Shown here piece by piece: positions 41,901-50,862 of a DNA stretch of 64,000 nucleotides. How positions within the stretch are numbered: the first letter of the stretch is position 1; every line of letters begins with the position of its first letter. Made by a program: the position numbers and the translations under genes. The stretch comes from a virus: the IMG/VR virus record IMGVR_UViG_3300032304_001987, positions 6,424 through 70,423 of that record; one strand, written 5' to 3'. The notes beneath the pieces were generated by a model. That model ran no database searches, had not been told where the DNA came from, and was given only the letters and a program-made list of their open reading frames with translations.

Positions 41901-44900
41901 GATCCAACAACAGATTTTCTGGGCTGGTGCTAATAATAGTATCCACCACAGCTCCAGGTTTTACTGCTTGCAACGTAGTAGCAGCTGGATTCAAGTTGAT
42001 TAGTGTGCCGGGTGTCCATCCTTGCTGACTGAAATACAAAAACTCTGTGGCCATTTGAGACCAATTCAATGTGTAACCGTTTTCCCTGTCGTTAAAGATT
42101 AGACCCTGTGTTTCCAAATACTTGCCATAACTCAATATAAAGTCAACTACCATGGTGGTATTGGTAAAGGTATAACCGTAGGGCACTTTGACCACGTTGT
42201 TGGTATATTGAGCTGGTACCCGTACTTCAGCGCCACCACCGCTTATGGACTGTAGCAATCCATTGCTGGAACTGGCCAACACATTGAAATAAGGTGTGGC
42301 GTTGTTGTATCCCCAGACCGAATATCCATCTGTGGTACGTTCCACAATCAAACTGCTGTAGATGATTCTATCAAAAGGTTGATTTTTATACAACAACAAG
42401 TTATAGCTATCATCGGGCAACAACAAACTGCTGTTGGTGCTGTTGGGACTGCTGCGCTCGAGAAAAATCTTAAGATACTGTTTGTCAGTGAAGCTGGCCA
42501 TTCTATAGCACAAGCGTACGGTTATGTTGGATAAATCTTTGGTCAGTTCTGTGGTGCTGTTGCGACCCAACTGTTGATTGTAATCCACGATCCAATCAAT
42601 GTAACTGGCCTTGCTGACTCCATTGCCATATATCTCCAAGGTACTGTCAACAGGTTGATTTGGCAAGGTAGCTGTGGTCAAGCGATATCGACCACGATAG
42701 AGATACTGTCCAAGCTCGGCATCAAATCTATACAAATCTCTGTCGGCAAACAGGCTGAAAAATTCTGCTGGCCGGGTCATGGCCAACAGGCGCATGATAG
42801 CAAATGGATAACTGGAACTGGCACGCCAAGAATATTCTACGGGGCCGCCATCACCGGGTACCCAGCTCTTGCGAAACGCCGAAGGGTCATAAGGACCGAC
42901 CACACTTTCAATTGGTGATAACAAGCTAAACTCAGTGCTGTTTGGAATAACCTTGGTCAGTCCAGGTCTGGCGTACTCAGGTCGCACATAAGGTGCCACA
43001 GGATCAGCGACCAGGCCTAGTTCAAGGTCGTCCCACAACACCAAGTTGTCGCTGGTATAAGGAGCAGGACCATAACGATTTTCCCACCAGGCTGGTTGTT
43101 CACTGAATCCCAGCATTTCCCAAGGTGTAAAATTGGGGCTGGTAGTATCATAAAAATATTGATAAATGCCGCGCCAGGCTCCCAACAATGGTTCACCGTT
43201 GATCTTGTTACCGGCTGTGCTGTAGTTGTAGGTAAACGGATCGTTGGGATTGTAGTTTTGTGTTGTATAATCTAACTTGTTGGCACCTACCCAGATCAAG
43301 AAACTTTCATTCAAGATATCGTTGATTTCAGTCAGACTATAATCAGTCTGGCGAAAAAATCCAGGAATGACATCGGCCGCTGTTAGTGGAATAGGATTTC
43401 CATCTGTTTTTAAATTGTTGTAAATGCGTCGTTCAAATTCTAACAGTATTTCGTCACGGAAATCATTGAATGCAATAGTGATACTGCCATCGTGTCCTTG
43501 AATAACCACTGTGGGTTCTACATAATTAGGATCCACAAACATCTGTGGCACAAACTTGGGATACAATCCCAGTTTGGTCGGAGTATTGGGTACAAAGTTA
43601 CCAGCAGTGTCAGAGTATTCTCTAATGGTTATGACATCACCTGTTTGTAAAGGTGTTGTAACTACAAGTCTTGGCGAATCCACTGATACTTCATATTCTT
43701 GGTCGCGTACCAGCAACACAGTTTCTGATCTTGAATTCTCTGTTGCACGAGTCAAGTAAACACTTAATCCCAAATAGTTGGCCGAAGTGTAATCATAAAC
43801 CTGATTTGTGTTGAATTCGGGCACTGTGATTGGCGTTATAGGATTAACAGATTCCGTGTATACTGCTCCCGTTGGCATCATGTCTGACCAATAAAATGGA
43901 TTGATGTCTGTACGTCCTTTGGTTATTTCTGCCACAGCTGAATCCAGTATACCAGCAATTCCCAGGTCTCCATAATCATTACTGACCACAGTTTCCAATA
44001 ATAGACTTTTGAATTTAATATATTCTCGACTGTTGTATTCTATGGCAGAAAAAATATTGTATTGTTTGCTGCGTTGGAAATAGCCTGCCAAAGTCAACGG
44101 ACTACTTTGTTGTAGAATTTGTAGTCCGTACGGTATAATGTTGCCTAGATCTCGGCTGTTGTTGGAGCCGATTATAGGCCCTTGCAAAGTGGTCAAATTC
44201 TGACCAATGGTTTCATAATGGGCACGTATGGTCCCTAGAGTAAAAATCTCGCTGTTGGCATTCAAAGGATTGTTTTCAAGATTCACAGGAACCTGATAGA
44301 ATGCTGTGGCACTAACTTGGTCACTAATTACAGACACTTCAATCACATCCCCCGGCACATACGCAGTGGTCAAAGTGATCGTGGTCGTAGTTGATGTGGT
44401 GACGTAGGTATAGTTGTCAGGTTTTTGGAATTGATTGTTTACATACAACTGTACCGCAGGAACACTGCCATTGTCAGGTGATACTGCCACGTCTAACAAC
44501 AACGGACTACCATCATAGCTGAATTGAAATTGTTGTCTTTGGACACTGGGCACTATTGCCGTTTGCCATCCAAGCTCTCTAACAAATGCAATTCGATCGC
44601 TGTACTGCCTGACAAAGCCTTCGCTGATGTATTTGGTTTGTCCAGTTGATTCAGTCACGTACTCAAATGTGTCAGTGTAAAGATTATTGGCAAACACAAT
44701 GTCGCCCACGTTGGCCAGGCTCAAATAACGCAAAGGAAATCCTAAAACTGTGTCTGCAATTGATCCGGTACTTTCAGCATAACTGAACAACTTGCTACCG
44801 CGGAATGTGCTACTTGTATACTTTATACGATTGCTGAAACTCTCTCCAGTACTGTCATATACATCAAACAATGGAGCTTGATTGACTGAGGTTTTGTCCT

Positions 44901-47364
44901 GAGCTGGCAACCATTCAACTCCGTCGTAGTAAAAACTTTTTCCCTGGAGAGTGGTTCCACTGAGGCATACCGTGGTTTGATTTATCAATACATCAGCATC
45001 GGCGGCTGGAATCAAATTAATCACTGGTTGAGCAATCAACGGAGGCACAGTATCCGGAATAATAAATTGCACTTCATAAATCTTGTTGCGTACCTGGCTG
45101 TCAGTATCTGCAGCAAAGATCACTTGAGTTCCAGAAATAAAATTGTATCCATCCACACTGTATCCAGTGGTTCCATTGATTTCGCTCAAGGCGTCGGTGG
45201 TTTCAAAGTCTATGATATTAACTGGTTGTTTGCCTTGGGTTCCAAAATTAAATAGCTTTGTACCCGCACGAAATTCCAAAATTGGCCGGCGTGCCCTAAA
45301 AAGATTGTCTGCGGCCGGAACAGTGTTGTTGTATTCGGCCGAAGCATTGATTACATCAATATGGAACCAACGATTGCTTCTAGTCCAAGGATTGAGATCG
45401 TCGCTGGCACGATTAATGGTCAGATAATCCGGAACCAATGGTGCATTCTCTGTAGCATCATATCCACCCACATCATAGGGTAAGCTGTCAAAAGGGATTG
45501 TGCCGCTTTGAGTGTAGGGTTCAGGAGTTACAAAATTTGTTACAGGCAACAACTGGATAGCAGTACCTACTCCTTCCACGTAGTATTCATTGTTGGCATA
45601 TGAAACAGGTTCAACATCTCCTCTGAATACTACTTTAAGACCATTGGTGAATACTACACCATTGGGAGACGTATAGTTTTTTTGACCAATGATGTCTTCA
45701 ACAAAGATTGTTTCTGCCTGATCTTGATCCAACAGTCTAATTTGTCCAAAAATTTCTGGATCGGTTCCGTCTTGATAAAACAACAAACTTTTTATAGCAG
45801 TCAACAACGGTATCTGTTCAAAATAGCCACTGGCGTTTTTGTACCAATTGGTGCTGGCATACGTGGTTCCAAACTGCACTTGAAATTTTTCTAAATTGGC
45901 TACCGGCAACACGCTGGTCAAAGTCATGTAAGTTTGTCCACCATTGGTGTTGTATTGTATTTGCCATACACTGTATCTTTGATCTTGACTGACAATGTCT
46001 GTGGTTTGGTCAAACGCAGTCGAATCATAAGACCCAACTGGACTTACCACGTTACCTGCATTGGGCAGAGGATCAAACCTGGAAGTGATCTGCCATCCGC
46101 CGTCTTCGGCGTTGGCCGTTTGATTCAAAAACACAATTGTTTTTCCGTTGAGATCTTTGATTCCGTCAATGCCATTGGAGTTGGCTTCAAAGAATGGATC
46201 CAAGAAAATGTTGTTGATTTGATTGAAATCCAACGTGGTCACCAGATCCACAGTTCCCGGCAGTTGGCCAGGGATATTTCCAATGGGTGCCAGTGTGTAA
46301 TAAAAATTCTGAGCAGTGCTTAAAGGAACATTGAATGTGACCGTGCCCAAGTCTTCACCGTTGTTGATCACGCCCAGCACATCTCTTGAACTGATATTAG
46401 GGGTGGATGGGATACGTCCACTGACTCCAGGATCTGTCTGTATCCAAAATCCAGGACCTGTGCCAGCAGTGGCATCAATCACGTTCATTGTGCCGCGCAT
46501 GTTGGCCTGGACTGGATTTACGTAGTACAATGTATCAGGAGCAGTTTGTGGAACTGTAAAGGTAATAGTGCCTGTGGCAGCTCCATTGTTGGTTACTCCA
46601 TCATCATAGCGATTTGTTGTGCCCAGTGTTGGTTCGGTTTTGATATAAAAAGGAAACACTCCGTCCATGACCAGGGTAAAGGTGTAGGTATTGCCCCGCA
46701 CCAAAGTAAGCGTGGGATTGGATTGAAAATCAATCACATAGGCTGATGTACGATCATTGGACACACGGAAATTGACATCTTCGGTGGCATTTTGTGCAAC
46801 CTGGAAATTGTAATTGCCGCCACGTAACAAAGTAACTGTGGGATTGTTGCCGGCCAAGCCGCTGAAGGTGTAAACACCATTGGCACGTGTGACTGTGAAA
46901 GTGTCAGTGAGCGGCACCCCGGTTGAGGATATGTCTGCTGAATCTGGGCCATCTGGTAGCCAATAATACTGACTGTAATTGACAAACTTGTCAAAGTCAA
47001 CAAAAGGATCCCAAGTATAATAATCACTGGTATACAGTCTATCAGCATTGTTGGTTTTGGCACCTTGCAAATTCAATGCTGCATTGATACCGGGATAGGT
47101 AATGGAATCTCGTATGACACCGGTGTCTGGGTCGAGACTGATCACTCCGGGTTCCAACTGATAGTTGTTGCGTTCGGCTGTGGGTTCGATTACATAACGA
47201 TCCGCAGCATTGACTCCGGGACCTATCTTGCGCCCAACGAATCCTTGAGTCTTTTGAAATGCAGGTTCTTGCGTGAGTTGGTCTAAGGTAGCATTAAGAA
47301 ACTGCCGATTGACTGGAGTTTGAAATATTTCTGGTAGAAATTCAACTGTACGAACTCGTGCCAT
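32986..47364 (-). CDS. giant (4792 aa) virion baseplate/adhesion protein
   Basis: Follows the gp6-like gene; VKPYHVQIRE motif, FG-GAP-like repeats, Ig-like GDGST repeats, CBM-like W..Y..G..V.Y modules. Confidence 0.8.
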   Translation of the reverse strand: MARVRTVEFLPEIFQTPVNRQFLNATLDQLTQEPAFQKTQGFVGRKIGPGVNAADRYVIEPTAERNNYQLEPGVISLDPDTGVIRDSITYPGINAALNLQGAKTNNADRLYTSDYYTWDPFVDFDKFVNYSQYYWLPDGPDSADISSTGVPLTDTFTVTRANGVYTFSGLAGNNPTVTLLRGGNYNFQVAQNATEDVNFRVSNDRTSAYVIDFQSNPTLTLVRGNTYTFTLVMDGVFPFYIKTEPTLGTTNRYDDGVTNNGAATGTITFTVPQTAPDTLYYVNPVQANMRGTMNVIDATAGTGPGFWIQTDPGVSGRIPSTPNISSRDVLGVINNGEDLGTVTFNVPLSTAQNFYYTLAPIGNIPGQLPGTVDLVTTLDFNQINNIFLDPFFEANSNGIDGIKDLNGKTIVFLNQTANAEDGGWQITSRFDPLPNAGNVVSPVGSYDSTAFDQTTDIVSQDQRYSVWQIQYNTNGGQTYMTLTSVLPVANLEKFQVQFGTTYASTNWYKNASGYFEQIPLLTAIKSLLFYQDGTDPEIFGQIRLLDQDQAETIFVEDIIGQKNYTSPNGVVFTNGLKVVFRGDVEPVSYANNEYYVEGVGTAIQLLPVTNFVTPEPYTQSGTIPFDSLPYDVGGYDATENAPLVPDYLTINRASDDLNPWTRSNRWFHIDVINASAEYNNTVPAADNLFRARRPILEFRAGTKLFNFGTQGKQPVNIIDFETTDALSEINGTTGYSVDGYNFISGTQVIFAADTDSQVRNKIYEVQFIIPDTVPPLIAQPVINLIPAADADVLINQTTVCLSGTTLQGKSFYYDGVEWLPAQDKTSVNQAPLFDVYDSTGESFSNRIKYTSSTFRGSKLFSYAESTGSIADTVLGFPLRYLSLANVGDIVFANNLYTDTFEYVTESTGQTKYISEGFVRQYSDRIAFVRELGWQTAIVPSVQRQQFQFSYDGSPLLLDVAVSPDNGSVPAVQLYVNNQFQKPDNYTYVTTSTTTTITLTTAYVPGDVIEVSVISDQVSATAFYQVPVNLENNPLNANSEIFTLGTIRAHYETIGQNLTTLQGPIIGSNNSRDLGNIIPYGLQILQQSSPLTLAGYFQRSKQYNIFSAIEYNSREYIKFKSLLLETVVSNDYGDLGIAGILDSAVAEITKGRTDINPFYWSDMMPTGAVYTESVNPITPITVPEFNTNQVYDYTSANYLGLSVYLTRATENSRSETVLLVRDQEYEVSVDSPRLVVTTPLQTGDVITIREYSDTAGNFVPNTPTKLGLYPKFVPQMFVDPNYVEPTVVIQGHDGSITIAFNDFRDEILLEFERRIYNNLKTDGNPIPLTAADVIPGFFRQTDYSLTEINDILNESFLIWVGANKLDYTTQNYNPNDPFTYNYSTAGNKINGEPLLGAWRGIYQYFYDTTSPNFTPWEMLGFSEQPAWWENRYGPAPYTSDNLVLWDDLELGLVADPVAPYVRPEYARPGLTKVIPNSTEFSLLSPIESVVGPYDPSAFRKSWVPGDGGPVEYSWRASSSYPFAIMRLLAMTRPAEFFSLFADRDLYRFDAELGQYLYRGRYRLTTATLPNQPVDSTLEIYGNGVSKASYIDWIVDYNQQLGRNSTTELTKDLSNITVRLCYRMASFTDKQYLKIFLERSSPNSTNSSLLLPDDSYNLLLYKNQPFDRIIYSSLIVERTTDGYSVWGYNNATPYFNVLASSSNGLLQSISGGGAEVRVPAQYTNNVVKVPYGYTFTNTTMVVDFILSYGKYLETQGLIFNDRENGYTLNWSQMATEFLYFSQQGWTPGTLINLNPAATTLQAVKPGAVVDTIISTSPENLLLDQNRQNLPTRDLIIERESDFFSITSPGNQTISFLNMQFTNYENIVILDNVSVFSDLIYDPTTAARQNRVRIIAATSTEWDGTLDAQGFILNDNTTVKQWQANRKYTKGEIVIYKNNYWSAQTIVQPKREFEYNDWVKSDYTRIQGGLLPNLANKADQLANSYNTQVANLESDNDLLSYGLIGFRPRQYMVDLNLDDVSQVNLYQQFLPTKGTTRAAEIFTNADLGKEIGEYQIYENWGVLVSTYGANAVRSFIELRLNEADLNSDPSTVQVILPEQTSLANQTVLLDDVWRESFRLTSTDIFPTTYTTNLDTALPSAGYVNIDDVDITVFSLDDPSSISANIESIGLGTTIWAAKSNSYDWNVYRCSRVPGQMRQLVDNLNGTSIAQFNQAHDLSVGDLIIVRYFNDAVTGVYRVLSVPSITSVTIAYNFINTNQTTITGTGLVFYLQTMRVAQASDIINLPYVNDLIPGALAYVDNNGLGHWQVLQKQDPFSSISQILPDPQITNSGFGTTVTQTENLVAVLVGSPNSNSNTGGVYLYRSNTINNEYTAEGLITLPATDVVAYGDTLVFGRNNWGAAAASQSLNNFGYVTPLFRNSVTGAFSQTQLIVRPSPSIDPMRFGQALAVSQDERWMYIGAPDDTQGGKVYAYGRVDVEEQVSRYTTDGSTLSFNYINDIVVDQSYRTTQIVVTVGTFTATEGVDYSVGISSITFAVAPDADQVLTIRRRSGVQFTGDGSTVDFLLDPYLYTATNIDSFTVRINGNLQRPYIDYEFNSDSNDLTKDLRFNVAPGIGDIIDVTSTTYWRYCDTITVAGLPANAKFGGSLTTTTDGQQVIVGASDADVDVIDSNGNTVQIQAGAAYIVDRSVIKYLIDDVSVTTYDIVGAVAEPISVLLNNSFLNIQNITQGGITTTQYANGQVDVDLDTNQITLVSNPAVGDVLEIQTNQFKLIQKVSADTPIDESAYGSAVDICPTNCSLYVGAPLDSRVLPKAGSVERNVNQSRVYGVTTSTVANPTFVAGDSLRINDYDLAVPTWTNTVTWALGNYVANGSSIYRSIQAVPVGVAIGNTTYWAADTWINAWVNTINESNIPNATSLVTPDLNFVGDGTNKTFDVGTIYSSTTYTVTPNTRVLVDDVVQTVGFSWSNNYEQLNFVTAPDAGSIITVVSGRITITVKNSEAATPNGKLTVLPGVNGTAFDQFGFETFVYTQILTSPSPSDFAYFGQTVHIDSSAVNLVIGAPNGNIYDPVTFDGGATYFDDRSTTFFDPVFNSGVVYTYDFLSSADGSITNPGKFVFGQQIFTDDLETNDQFGIGVNFTNGRLIVGAPDNDNGGTTGNYGVVKIFDNPNSDPAWKVIHAQQPVVDVNLINTSFMYDKLTSTTQTYFDFFNPLQGKILGAARKNIDYIGAVDPANYNTGTVRNQGNSWGPEHVGQIWWDTNEVRFIDPNQDDIVYASRRWGQVFPGSRVDIYQWVASSVPPVSYTGPGISLTTTSYTVRSSLNQENIFVTTYYFWVRGVTTINTAAGKTLSTTGIARYIESPRSSGIPYIALLNASTVAIYNGLEFISAADTILHVGYDRQANDANIHTEYQFVADGEADSFLNTTLYRKLQDSFCGVDSAGSVVPDPFLSPAERYGVQFRPRQSMFVNRFMALENYLGYANRILKQYPIIETKNLSLLNSEEPEPSSGSGAWNLRLANLEELSFQNLNAVPLGYLYLVVSVSTQNGLWGIYEVIESDLLPGEKATQLVRIQNYSTPRYWYHIDWYLPGYNSTIQPRAEVSNFAALSTLNLSAAPVGSSVKVRANAQGKFEIYLRTDLGWDRVGLQDGTLQFREELWNYVLGNFGFGVEVFDAQYFDQEPVIETRKIIQAINEQLFSGDLAIERNRSLILMFNYVYSEFTAPEWLIKTSLVDVNHKIRTLLPFQTYLQDNQDFVLDYIQEVKPYHVQIREFNLVYNGNDAYPGTMTDFDVPAYWNTDLEVPQNISPVLQFDQAGQPYTPSGSLIENFVSDTPPDAEIWTLDPWREWYNNYLLNIVEVNVVDGGAGYTVAPQVLISGTCIEEPDLLAIINSAGQVVSIEIVNPGLGFSTECIITLVGGNGLGARAVAVMGNNLVRSIKTTIKYDRCEYTSNIVDWEADVNYDNGTMVRYLDRVWEANSDDSTGVQSATFDPTQWILVDAGTLSGADRTMGYYTPTANQPGLSLPLLIDGIDYPGVQVTGVNFNQNTGFDVGNYDINPFDNIAYGPEGRPTYDPAILDAVYESSYLDIYLGTRATDVNVDGGAYVDTYSSHAPEELVPGAEFDTLDMRVYTRPGADWEADGHGFPETVINFVFDSANPTFNFAEVLPYPVQVVIFNQTTGIELDQTYACSVDWPTQVITVNSGATTGDVMAVSVYELGGGNQLYKQIYNGADVGNTLTVPVSFDEIQEFVIFVNGIIVTNYTYASATAGGTTIVFGSTYTATDFISLVALGPTLVNNVEVDYSWSAPQTQIIVADGSSLSYELDNSLVYTNPDCLIVTVNGVRARTAAGAEYVGDGSTAYLLPQRLGFTQDTIANNQVHVYVDQVPQVLNVDFYVEPYDVNNTREVIFFTAPALGSQIQVYVETGVQCYVAGNQLNFVTGSGLEPILGDVIAVTTWNDTRQQNILPLVYVGPVTTGITVTESYDETLYDNPAGLASATPGQFDYSTGDTVTVNDLQLGRTITDPSRLWVTLNGIRQFPGVDFVISGQELILHAGVLGVIDVVMISMFTESVVPQAMAFRIFQDMRGVQAVYRITPQTTTTLTQELSQTDDIIYVANAGALSEPAVDINIWGVVMINGERIMYRVRNTATNTISSLLRGTAGTATDNHAVGATVTDLGRGNLLPAEFQNYIVETTTLADGSTTLFVADNIDVDSLDSTTLEEAVEVYVGGTLLQPMAGYSITLDNPVNILFDTAPAAGVEVTILVRRGVTWYAPGVGTPSNGVPLQMTNTQAARFLRGEI

Positions 47365-50300
47365 TAAATTACTCCACTGCCAGGAGCAGTTCTAATATTG
47401 GTGCTTGTCAAGGCCTGGATCACTTCAATGTCGTTGACCGTGGCTCCATTGACAAAGATTTGATTTGGAGCAGATCTGATCTCGTATAAGTCACCAAAAT
47501 ATTTTTGTGGGTTGAGTGGAACCAACACAACACTGCTGACTATGTCGCCGATCTGGCTATGTATGTAAGCGCCTAATTCTGAAAAATAAAATGTGTCACC
47601 AAAGTCCCATTTGTCAAGACTGAAATAGGCATCCATGTTGGCCACAACTAAATTTTTGATTTCGCTGACACTGGCAGTGCTACCACTGGACCGGATGACC
47701 TTGATTGTGGCTCGAAGTTCTTCGGCAGCTTTTTGTCCAAACACTGGTTTAAAATCCACACTGTTTAGAATCATGTTGTCACTGATCATTTTGTATTCCT
47801 GTAAACCAGCATACTCTGTGGTCAGCTGATCAATGGTAGGCGGCACAGGCTTTTGCACAGTGCCAGTGACGTCTCTCAACCAGTTTTGATAGGCAGTGTA
47901 ATAGGCCAAGGTCACAATATAGATATCAATGATATTGGTACTGCCTGGATCAATCCTGGAAGTCAAAGGGCTGTTGTGACGGTATTGAAAATATAGATCT
48001 TGACGTCCGGTACGGGCAATAAATGCGGAGCTTTGTGTGAGCAATCGATTGCCGGAGAGATCCAGTGATAAAACATAAAATAGTCCTGTTTCATAGGCAT
48101 AGAATACCTGACCTGAAACATATTCTTCTTTGACCAATTCAATAGCATCCAAGGTAGAATATTGGCTGTTTACACGACCTTGTTCGACTAATAGATAGCG
48201 TTGCAAATTGTCAAAATCTACAGTTTCCTCCAAGAACACCCAAGGACTGTTGGCAGTGGGCGGGTTTGGTGCTGTGCCTACAATTTCTGTAAAGAAATCT
48301 GGGTTGTCAGGAACTCCGTCGCTGTCTGAATCTTCAAAGCTGACCAAAACCTGGAAGTCATCCACATATCCGTCGCTTTCCACAGGCTGACCGATAATTT
48401 TGAGTCGATTGTCTCCCTCCAGGGGCAGATTGTTGTTGGGTTTACTGTTGGTTTTTAACACATTAACAAAGTCGCTGAGCACTGTGCCAGTGCGGCTGTC
48501 ATAGATCTTTTGGTCACTGAAGAAGAAAAATCTTGTTTGTAGCACACTGCCAAAGTAGTAGTCTAAGCTGCGGCTGACCACAGTATAGTTGGTTCCATCA
48601 GTGGTGGTGGCCTGAATAAACCAGCTGGCATCAAGATTGCCACCCGAGACATCGCCTGCATACTGTTGACTCCAGGGTGCTGTGGCAGGTGCCAGATTGT
48701 TTGCAGTTATCAAATACCAAGTGCCAGCAGTGCCGGTAACCACTCCATCATTGTCATAGCCTAGACCAAAATTTTGATTGAGAGTGATTTGATCTATCAT
48801 GCTCTGACGCAAGGTATTGGTAAAATCCGTGACAAACAAAGGTATTACTTGTGTTAAAAGTGCGCCTGTTGGTACAAAATTATTGAGCACCACAGGTCCT
48901 TGACCATTGGCTAAATTACCTTGACCTTGATTGGTGCCATCTAGATATACTGCGGTAGGACTGGCCCAGATAACCATTTTTTCTTCGGCTCGTACTGGCA
49001 CGCCAGCTACCAATCGGTTGTTGGCATCAAAGAAATACCCAGCTGGCGGTTCAAACTTTATGAGACTTCCTACCACAACATATTTCATGTTGTTGGATGT
49101 ATAAGCGCCGATGGGCACTGGATTATTCAGACTGTTTTTAAAATAACCTGTGGTCTCGTTGGCCAGCACTGTGCTCTGATTCCACGAGTTGTTCAATGCT
49201 GTTAGGCTGGGTCTAGGAAAGTTAGCATAGTAAAATTGTTTTGCACCTGCTTGCAACAAAAGTGGAGTGATTTGATTGGTAACCACGTCACTGACATCGT
49301 TGGTGGTCAACCAAGCAAAATTAAATGCTGGCAGGTTGTTGGCTTCATACAATGCACCATCGCTGCTGAAAACATTGGTGCTGGAATATTTTCCTGTGTT
49401 GTCCACCAGATCTAGATAACGACTGGTTCCGATTGAAGCACGATTCAAAGCCTTGCTTTTTAAAATTGAATTGTAGGCGGTGAATGGAAAGTTGTTGTAG
49501 TCTTCGCCGTTGACCATGCGATTCTGTGTGTAGTATCGAGCTGGAGCACGCTGTTTGATTTCGTCGATGGTTTCACGAGCCTGGGCGTTGCTCACAGGTT
49601 CGGTTATGCCGCAGGTAAAGGTAACAGTTTCAATCTGTCCGGTGCGGCTCACATAGCTGATGGGAATCTGTACACTCTGCATTTCCTCTGGATTGATAAT
49701 GTATTGTAGCCCGTTCGACGCCCGTACATAAGCGCGGAATAATCCTACAGGTATGGCACTAAACACTCCGTCGCCAAAGTTAAGTGTGATCTGGTCGTTG
49801 GTACGAGATGTTACACTAAAGATTGCTCTTGTTCCTGGCGTCAATTGTTCAATGGCAGCTCCATAAACGCTTTCAACAAAGTTCCATTCTCTAGCAACAT
49901 TGCCTAGATTGTCCAGCTGGTACAACCAACGGTCGGTGTTGTTGATGCCTTCAATGTTGATATTGACCGTGCGATTGGCCACACGCTCAGGCAAGTTGAA
50001 ATCTTGATTTTGTAACACGCCCTGTTTGAACAGGAAAAAATATCCAGTGTTGGCTGACGCAAATCCCAGCTCGTCGTTGCGAAACAGCACATTGAATTGA
50101 CCATTGGGCAAGGGACTGGGTTCTTTGATGACTTTGTTGCCTTCAGTTCCTGTTGCAGTGGCATTGACCGCTTCAAATGGCATGTTAACGCCGTCGACTG
50201 TGGCGGTGTAGGGGACCACTGGTAAAAATCCAGGAACCAGATTAATGGTATATTCGTCAGTTCTCACGCCAATTATATTGTTACGGGCCCCGGGACGTCC

Positions 50301-50810
50301 AATGCGTTGTGTATCTACCAGGCTGGCATTGATAATGGCCGTAAACTGTTCTTGCCAATCAAAATTGCTAGGATCTGCCCAGGTGACCGTGACATTGGCC
50401 AAGTTGATGCCGTTGTAGTCAATGACATTTTCTGTGGTTTGCACAGAAAATACCTTGAGATACCCCGATGCTTCTGTGTTGCGCTTGGGTGTGTAGCTGA
50501 CCAGATTGGCCAATTTTACCACACTGTCACGTCGTTCAGCTGTGTCTAGATAACTTTCACGAGTGTTTAGGTCTGTGCGGAAGGCCAGAGCCTGGCCCAT
50601 GAATGCCATGACATCTAGTAGGGCAATGAACTCACTAGACTCAATGTAATCGTTAAAGGTTTCTGGATAGTACAGGCGCAGATAGTCCACAAAACTCTTG
50701 CGCAGTGTTTCAAAATCATAGCTTTGAAAGTCGGCTTCGCGATAGGTCTGATAGATTCGCTTCCAATCTTCTACACCAAATATCGCGGTTTGTCTAGTGG
50801 TTCTGGCCAT
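47364..50810 (-). CDS. baseplate wedge protein (T4 gp6-like)
   Basis: SYDFETLR, ESYLDTAERRDSV..LA..VSY.PKR, FGDGVF..IP.G, ETIDEIKQRAP..YYTQNRMVNGEDY. Confidence 0.85.
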   Translation of the reverse strand: MARTTRQTAIFGVEDWKRIYQTYREADFQSYDFETLRKSFVDYLRLYYPETFNDYIESSEFIALLDVMAFMGQALAFRTDLNTRESYLDTAERRDSVVKLANLVSYTPKRNTEASGYLKVFSVQTTENVIDYNGINLANVTVTWADPSNFDWQEQFTAIINASLVDTQRIGRPGARNNIIGVRTDEYTINLVPGFLPVVPYTATVDGVNMPFEAVNATATGTEGNKVIKEPSPLPNGQFNVLFRNDELGFASANTGYFFLFKQGVLQNQDFNLPERVANRTVNINIEGINNTDRWLYQLDNLGNVAREWNFVESVYGAAIEQLTPGTRAIFSVTSRTNDQITLNFGDGVFSAIPVGLFRAYVRASNGLQYIINPEEMQSVQIPISYVSRTGQIETVTFTCGITEPVSNAQARETIDEIKQRAPARYYTQNRMVNGEDYNNFPFTAYNSILKSKALNRASIGTSRYLDLVDNTGKYSSTNVFSSDGALYEANNLPAFNFAWLTTNDVSDVVTNQITPLLLQAGAKQFYYANFPRPSLTALNNSWNQSTVLANETTGYFKNSLNNPVPIGAYTSNNMKYVVVGSLIKFEPPAGYFFDANNRLVAGVPVRAEEKMVIWASPTAVYLDGTNQGQGNLANGQGPVVLNNFVPTGALLTQVIPLFVTDFTNTLRQSMIDQITLNQNFGLGYDNDGVVTGTAGTWYLITANNLAPATAPWSQQYAGDVSGGNLDASWFIQATTTDGTNYTVVSRSLDYYFGSVLQTRFFFFSDQKIYDSRTGTVLSDFVNVLKTNSKPNNNLPLEGDNRLKIIGQPVESDGYVDDFQVLVSFEDSDSDGVPDNPDFFTEIVGTAPNPPTANSPWVFLEETVDFDNLQRYLLVEQGRVNSQYSTLDAIELVKEEYVSGQVFYAYETGLFYVLSLDLSGNRLLTQSSAFIARTGRQDLYFQYRHNSPLTSRIDPGSTNIIDIYIVTLAYYTAYQNWLRDVTGTVQKPVPPTIDQLTTEYAGLQEYKMISDNMILNSVDFKPVFGQKAAEELRATIKVIRSSGSTASVSEIKNLVVANMDAYFSLDKWDFGDTFYFSELGAYIHSQIGDIVSSVVLVPLNPQKYFGDLYEIRSAPNQIFVNGATVNDIEVIQALTSTNIRTAPGSGVI

Positions 50811-50862
50811 GGTCTTCCTGTGTTTTTATTATTTATGGAAACAATAATCTGGGCAGTTTAAG

